Virus record (IMG/VR): IMGVR_UViG_3300048836_000122
Length of the DNA stretch: 20,000 nt
Strand: one strand, 5' to 3'
Source: an uncultured virus (IMG/VR IMGVR_UViG_3300048836_000122)
Taxonomy: Duplodnaviria; Heunggongvirae; Uroviricota; Caudoviricetes
Shown: in pieces, positions 15,593 through 20,000 of the stretch
Layout: every line of letters begins with the position of its first letter
How positions within the stretch are numbered: position 1 is the stretch's first letter
Notes under the pieces: generated by a model
Database searches by the model: none
The model's input: the letters and a program-made list of their open reading frames with translations, nothing else
What the model was told of the DNA's origin: nothing
Position numbers and translations under genes: made by a program

Positions 15593-16480
15593 ATGGAACA
15601 GAACTTGGAAGGATTATTAGATTCAATCGAAGAAGTAAATCCGACACCAACCGGGGAGGCCCCTGTTGAGAAGAAGGACAATTCCGAAATTGAAATACCA
15701 AAGCGAGAAGTATCCGGGGAGGCCCCGATTGCACCACAATACGCAAATGAAGTTGCCCGGCAGGTTGACGACATGTACCGTAAAGGAGCTACGACCGCAG
15801 AGGTGAACAACTTTTTGAGGCTTCATGCTGTGGACATCAGCACAATGAAGACAGAAGAACTCGTCAAGGAAGGTCTCAAATTAGAGTACCCAAACCTTAG
15901 TGCGGCTGACCTGGATGAACTATACGAAGAAACGTATGGAGAAACCACGGCAGCGTCCAAGGCCAGGCGAGAAAAAGATGCATCTGACTTCCGCAAAAAG
16001 ATAGCGGAAATGCAGTCAAATGCAAAAATGCCAGCTAAAGAGCAGGACCGATTAGTGAGTGAAGCAAGGCAGAAACAGTTAGCCCAAGATTGGACCGCTG
16101 TATCAGAGGCCGTTGTTGAACGTCAACTAAAGGAAGTTAGCTTTGATTTTTCCGATGATGGAGGGAAACATAGTTTTTCCTTTCCAGTAGATGACGGAGT
16201 CAAGGCAGCGTTGGTCGAAGCTGGCCGAGAGTTTGCATTAGCCCACAACCTAAAATTGGACAAGGCAAGCATCCCTCAAATACAAGAGCACATGAAACGT
16301 GTAGCTTTTTATTTGAAAGGACCAGAGATAGCCGAAGCAGCTATACGGGATGCCGTTGCAAAAGGGTTAAAGCTGGGTTTAAAGCAAAGGATCAATCCGC
16401 AGGCACCTCAGAATCAAAATCCGAGAGGTCAGCAAGAAGCTAATGGAATGGACAAAGTGAGGGCGAATCCATTTTCATAA
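15593..16480 (+). CDS. probable capsid scaffolding protein
   Basis: Acidic low-complexity N-terminus, helical, YPNLSAADLDEL motif; lies between portal and capsid genes. Confidence 0.6.
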   Translation: MEQNLEGLLDSIEEVNPTPTGEAPVEKKDNSEIEIPKREVSGEAPIAPQYANEVARQVDDMYRKGATTAEVNNFLRLHAVDISTMKTEELVKEGLKLEYPNLSAADLDELYEETYGETTAASKARREKDASDFRKKIAEMQSNAKMPAKEQDRLVSEARQKQLAQDWTAVSEAVVERQLKEVSFDFSDDGGKHSFSFPVDDGVKAALVEAGREFALAHNLKLDKASIPQIQEHMKRVAFYLKGPEIAEAAIRDAVAKGLKLGLKQRINPQAPQNQNPRGQQEANGMDKVRANPFS

Positions 16481-16499
16481 CTTCTAAACTAATACAAAA

Positions 16500-17996
16500 A
16501 TGGGATATACTCCTTATGCGGCACCGGCAAACCGGCCGCAAGACCTTAATCCAAACTCCTTCTCAGGAGTTGGCGGTGGTGTAATGAACAACGTTGTAAT
16601 GACGAATTACGACATTTATGCCCCTGCTGAATGGCCCCTCGTTATGGAGCGGCACAACATGGTACCCGGATTTGGAGCGATAATCAGAGCCATGGGCTTT
16701 GGTAAAGGCTGTTCAAATCCATCTACCGGACACTACGAATATCCATGGCAGGACAACCTCCTGAAAGTGGACACGATTGAAACCGCAGCCGCAGGTGCAG
16801 GAAACCCAATTGTTGTCAATCTGACAGCAGATTCAATGTATGACTCCGGTGTAACCGTAGCTGGTGCCGCACGTCAAGCATCATACCCACGTATCGGACA
16901 AATCATTAAGACACCATCAGGTGTAAAAGCCTATGTGTCTGACAAGACCGTATCTGTAACGCCGCACCGTATTACGTTGACCCCAACGGACCAAACTGTT
17001 GACTTGGATGCTCACGTATTGGCTGGTGGAGAATACTTCTTCTCTGACAATGCATGGGGCGAAGGTACTGGACTACCTGACGGCGTAACGCCACGGGTAA
17101 TGAAGTACACCAACGAATTCCAGATCACTAAGGAATCTGTTGCCACTTCAGGAACGGAACTGACCAACCATACGTGGTTCGAGCCAGTAGACGGACAGCC
17201 TGGATCATTCTTCCTCAAGGCCAAAAAAGACACTTACGAGCGTTTTGAAAAATCCAAGGATGGAATACTGCTATGGGGCGAGACGATTGACAACATCAAT
17301 GTCGCCAGTCAAGTAGGTCACGATGTACCTGTAAAAGGTTCAGAAGGCTTGGTGAGTTTTGCAGAAACGAATGCCGGAACCAAAGGTTATACGACCAATG
17401 CGTTCGCCATGAGTGACTTTGATGAAATCGCAGACCTGTTCGAAGACGAGCGACTTGGCACCCGTGATATTATGTCACTCGAAGGTCGCAGGATTTACAC
17501 CGAGCGTGAGAATGTATTACAAGCGCTCTTGAATGGCGATGCCTCAGCATACTTCACTAAGAAGTACATGAGCAAAGACATCGGCGCAGAGTGGCAGCCA
17601 GCCACGGACAGCGACCATGCCGCCATGATTGGATTCACAGCAGTAAAGAAAAACGGTTACACGTTCAACTTCTACCAACTGCATGACTTCAACTACATCA
17701 TGGGAGCCGGTGCTGAAGGTTATGATTGGCCTCATGTGGCAATCATGATGCCGGTTGGATACACCAACGACAAGAAGACTGGTGAAAACCGATCCTTGTT
17801 CGGATATGAGTACAAAGAGTCAAACGGTTATTCTCGTGAAAACGTAATCGACCAAATTGACGGTCTTGGTACCGGTGGATCAGGAACTGGCAATCGTGCA
17901 GTAAACGAGTACGATATCCGCAAACTTGGGTTCTTGTCAGAAATGGCAGGTCACTATGCTTGCGCAAACAGTATTGTTTTGGTTAGACCAAATTAA
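16500..17996 (+). CDS. major capsid protein
   Basis: 498 aa; WGEGTGLP, YTNEFQITKES..TSGT, E...LLWGE and GSEGL fit crAss-like HK97-fold capsid proteins; followed by a terminator. Confidence 0.85.
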   Translation: MGYTPYAAPANRPQDLNPNSFSGVGGGVMNNVVMTNYDIYAPAEWPLVMERHNMVPGFGAIIRAMGFGKGCSNPSTGHYEYPWQDNLLKVDTIETAAAGAGNPIVVNLTADSMYDSGVTVAGAARQASYPRIGQIIKTPSGVKAYVSDKTVSVTPHRITLTPTDQTVDLDAHVLAGGEYFFSDNAWGEGTGLPDGVTPRVMKYTNEFQITKESVATSGTELTNHTWFEPVDGQPGSFFLKAKKDTYERFEKSKDGILLWGETIDNINVASQVGHDVPVKGSEGLVSFAETNAGTKGYTTNAFAMSDFDEIADLFEDERLGTRDIMSLEGRRIYTERENVLQALLNGDASAYFTKKYMSKDIGAEWQPATDSDHAAMIGFTAVKKNGYTFNFYQLHDFNYIMGAGAEGYDWPHVAIMMPVGYTNDKKTGENRSLFGYEYKESNGYSRENVIDQIDGLGTGGSGTGNRAVNEYDIRKLGFLSEMAGHYACANSIVLVRPN

Positions 17997-18002
17997 ATAA
18001 CC

Positions 18003-18030
18003 GGAGGGGGGCATTGCTCCCCTCCTTTTT
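18003..18030 (+). terminator. intrinsic terminator after the capsid gene
   Basis: GGAGGGGGGC-ATT-GCTCCCCTCC followed by TTTTT. Confidence 0.8.
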
Positions 18031-18044
18031 AAAATCATGAACGT

Positions 18045-19235
18045 ATGTTTTTAGTTACAGGAACATTTGGAGACAAGTATGTAGTCAATAAGGATATGAC
18101 TGCAAAAGAATTAGCCGACCTATTCAACTTAGACTTGAGTGGGTCTATTGAGTTTGAGTACACAGCCCAGCGCAAAGTCAGGGACCGTTTAAACAATGCC
18201 GATAAAAAGCCAAGGCGCTTAATGCCTGGTCCGATTATCACAGGCACTTACAATGGATCGATGGTGACGATTGAGCACTATGCAGGCAAGACTACTTTGG
18301 CAGAAGGCAAGATTATCTACCGTAGAGATCGGATGACCTTCCGTGAAGGCACCACAACTGCAGCAGAGAACATTGACAAGCTGGTGTATTTTATGCTTCA
18401 TCCGTGGAATGAAAGTTCACCAATACAAGGCCGGAGTGCAGCGAAGTATTTCTATGTGAGAAACCGTGCCGAAGAAAGCAAGGTTAAAATGGGTCTCTAC
18501 GAGAGAATATCCAGCGTTCGAGAAGAAATTTTGGCAATGGCAAAGGATCGATCAAAGATGCACTTGTTAAGAAGGAAGGCAAAAGGCCTGTTGATTGGAC
18601 GGCAGCGCATTCAAATTGCCACACACGCATCCGATTCAGAGATTGCAGTAATGCTGATCGAAATGATGGAGAAGCACAAGTCAGAATTTTTGGAGGCATG
18701 GGATTCACCGGACACAACGATCCGTGGACTTATTCAAACTGCCATAGACCGCAACATCATCGTGTTACGCCGGGTAGGAGAAAACAATGCAGCATACATG
18801 GGCCAGAATATCCTGTGTCGGTATTCTGTTGGTGCAGATCCGTTAACGGCACTCACGAATCATTTGCTGAACAATGAATCATTGATTCCTGAAATAAAGA
18901 ATCAGATAGACGGTATCTCAATCAAAGAAAAAGCCAAAGCAATGGCGGCAGTGATTGAAGGCACCGAACAGGGAGAACCAGACTTGAGCATGATCAACAA
19001 CATGGTTGATGCAGCGATCGGACAAGGAGTTATTACATTCTTCCCTGAATCCAATACAGTAGAGTGGACAGACGGAGGCGACAAAAGGCGGCCAATTGTA
19101 AAGAATGTGAATGACGTAGAGGGTGACCCTATGAATTTCCGTGAACAAATTGGAGCGACCTTATTGAATAATCGTTCTTACCGAGAGCGTATTCAAAAAC
19201 AAATCAAAGGATATTCGCCAACAATAAAATCTTAA
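18045..19235 (+). CDS. hypothetical protein downstream of the capsid gene
   Basis: 396-aa ORF; position and FMLHPWN motif recall the gene that follows the capsid gene in crAss-like head modules. Confidence 0.65.
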   Translation: MFLVTGTFGDKYVVNKDMTAKELADLFNLDLSGSIEFEYTAQRKVRDRLNNADKKPRRLMPGPIITGTYNGSMVTIEHYAGKTTLAEGKIIYRRDRMTFREGTTTAAENIDKLVYFMLHPWNESSPIQGRSAAKYFYVRNRAEESKVKMGLYERISSVREEILAMAKDRSKMHLLRRKAKGLLIGRQRIQIATHASDSEIAVMLIEMMEKHKSEFLEAWDSPDTTIRGLIQTAIDRNIIVLRRVGENNAAYMGQNILCRYSVGADPLTALTNHLLNNESLIPEIKNQIDGISIKEKAKAMAAVIEGTEQGEPDLSMINNMVDAAIGQGVITFFPESNTVEWTDGGDKRRPIVKNVNDVEGDPMNFREQIGATLLNNRSYRERIQKQIKGYSPTIKS

Positions 19236-19238
19236 ACT

Positions 19239-20000
19239 TTGGAACACACAATCACATTCGAGAACCGGACAGGAAACATTAATGTGGGCAAGATTATCAT
19301 GTCCATGTATAATGACGGAGATACCGATGGGATTACAGACGATACAGCCGTGAACATCCACGTCCGGGTCACGGCACCTACCGGGGTAATATATGACACG
19401 ATTACAGCGCTTTCAGCAACATCGTTGATTGCCTTGGACGGAACGGATACAAGAACCATAAGCATTCCTATGTTTGGCGGTCACTATGTATCAGGTTCCT
19501 ATATATTTGAAATAAGAGTATCCGAAGGAGCCAACACGAATACGTTGACCTTAGAGTATGAGTACTGCATTGAAAACAAGGCAGCACTTACCTTTTTGGG
19601 TAATTGTCAAGGACCATCACTTCGATTGTCAGACAGTTCATCCTTAGCAGGGTATCAGTTACTTGCCAGGGTAATGACATTGGTTCATCCAACGATTGAA
19701 GGCTCACAGATTGACAATACAGTCACGAGCGGACTATTTTTGTCCGTAGTGCCCACACACAACAACGTATCCTATACAGGGCTACTTAGTTTGGAAGTTC
19801 AGAAAACTGCAACCGTAACCGGCACACATGACCAAGATGGAACTGCTGATGCCGACTTCATTGCAAACTTTACCTGGACGACGACAAAGCTATTTCAGTT
19901 CATCTGTAACACATCATTGAATGCTATTTCAAAGTGCTACGAGGAGAAAATTGCTTTAATAGAAGCCAAAGCTTGTGCGGTAGGAGGATACCAAGCCTTG
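19239..20000 (+). CDS. probable structural protein (partial, runs off the window)
   Basis: Hand-translated from TTG 19239: MEHTITFENRTGNINVGKIIMSMY...ACAVGGYQAL, 254 codons with no stop; beta-rich composition. It is absent from the ORF track, presumably because it lacks a stop. Confidence 0.8.
   Translation, partial: MEHTITFENRTGNINVGKIIMSMYNDGDTDGITDDTAVNIHVRVTAPTGVIYDTITALSATSLIALDGTDTRTISIPMFGGHYVSGSYIFEIRVSEGANTNTLTLEYEYCIENKAALTFLGNCQGPSLRLSDSSSLAGYQLLARVMTLVHPTIEGSQIDNTVTSGLFLSVVPTHNNVSYTGLLSLEVQKTATVTGTHDQDGTADADFIANFTWTTTKLFQFICNTSLNAISKCYEEKIALIEAKACAVGGYQAL

Noticed and set aside
1295..19465. Other short minus-strand and alternate-frame ORFs in the track
   Set aside because: They overlap better-supported + strand genes and carry no recognisable motifs.
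1..20000. Stop-codon reassignment as in some crAss-like phages
   Set aside because: Genes are full length and densely packed in the standard code, and both TAG (80, 2104) and TGA (3935, 10308, 13379) end genes at sensible junctions.

Overview
This window appears to be part of a tailed Bacteroidota phage genome (crAss-like/flavobacterial type, inferred), with every credible gene on the + strand in the standard code. The right half is a head module: terminase large subunit, portal, probable scaffold, major capsid protein and two downstream virion-type genes. The middle holds a TnpB with a probable omegaRNA, an Amidase_3 endolysin, a GroES-like gene, an Acb2/Tad1-like small protein, a ~1,500-aa signal-peptide fibre-like protein rich in Bacteroidota O-glycosylation motifs, a TM-PAS protein and a holin-like protein. 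The most striking part is 1-1633: an integron-like array of small single-gene cassettes. They are separated by AAC...GTT-bounded hairpin sites, each intact cassette has its own terminal inverted repeat, and the array ends at a truncated tyrosine-recombinase N-terminal domain. All family assignments come from motifs recognised by eye; no searches were run.
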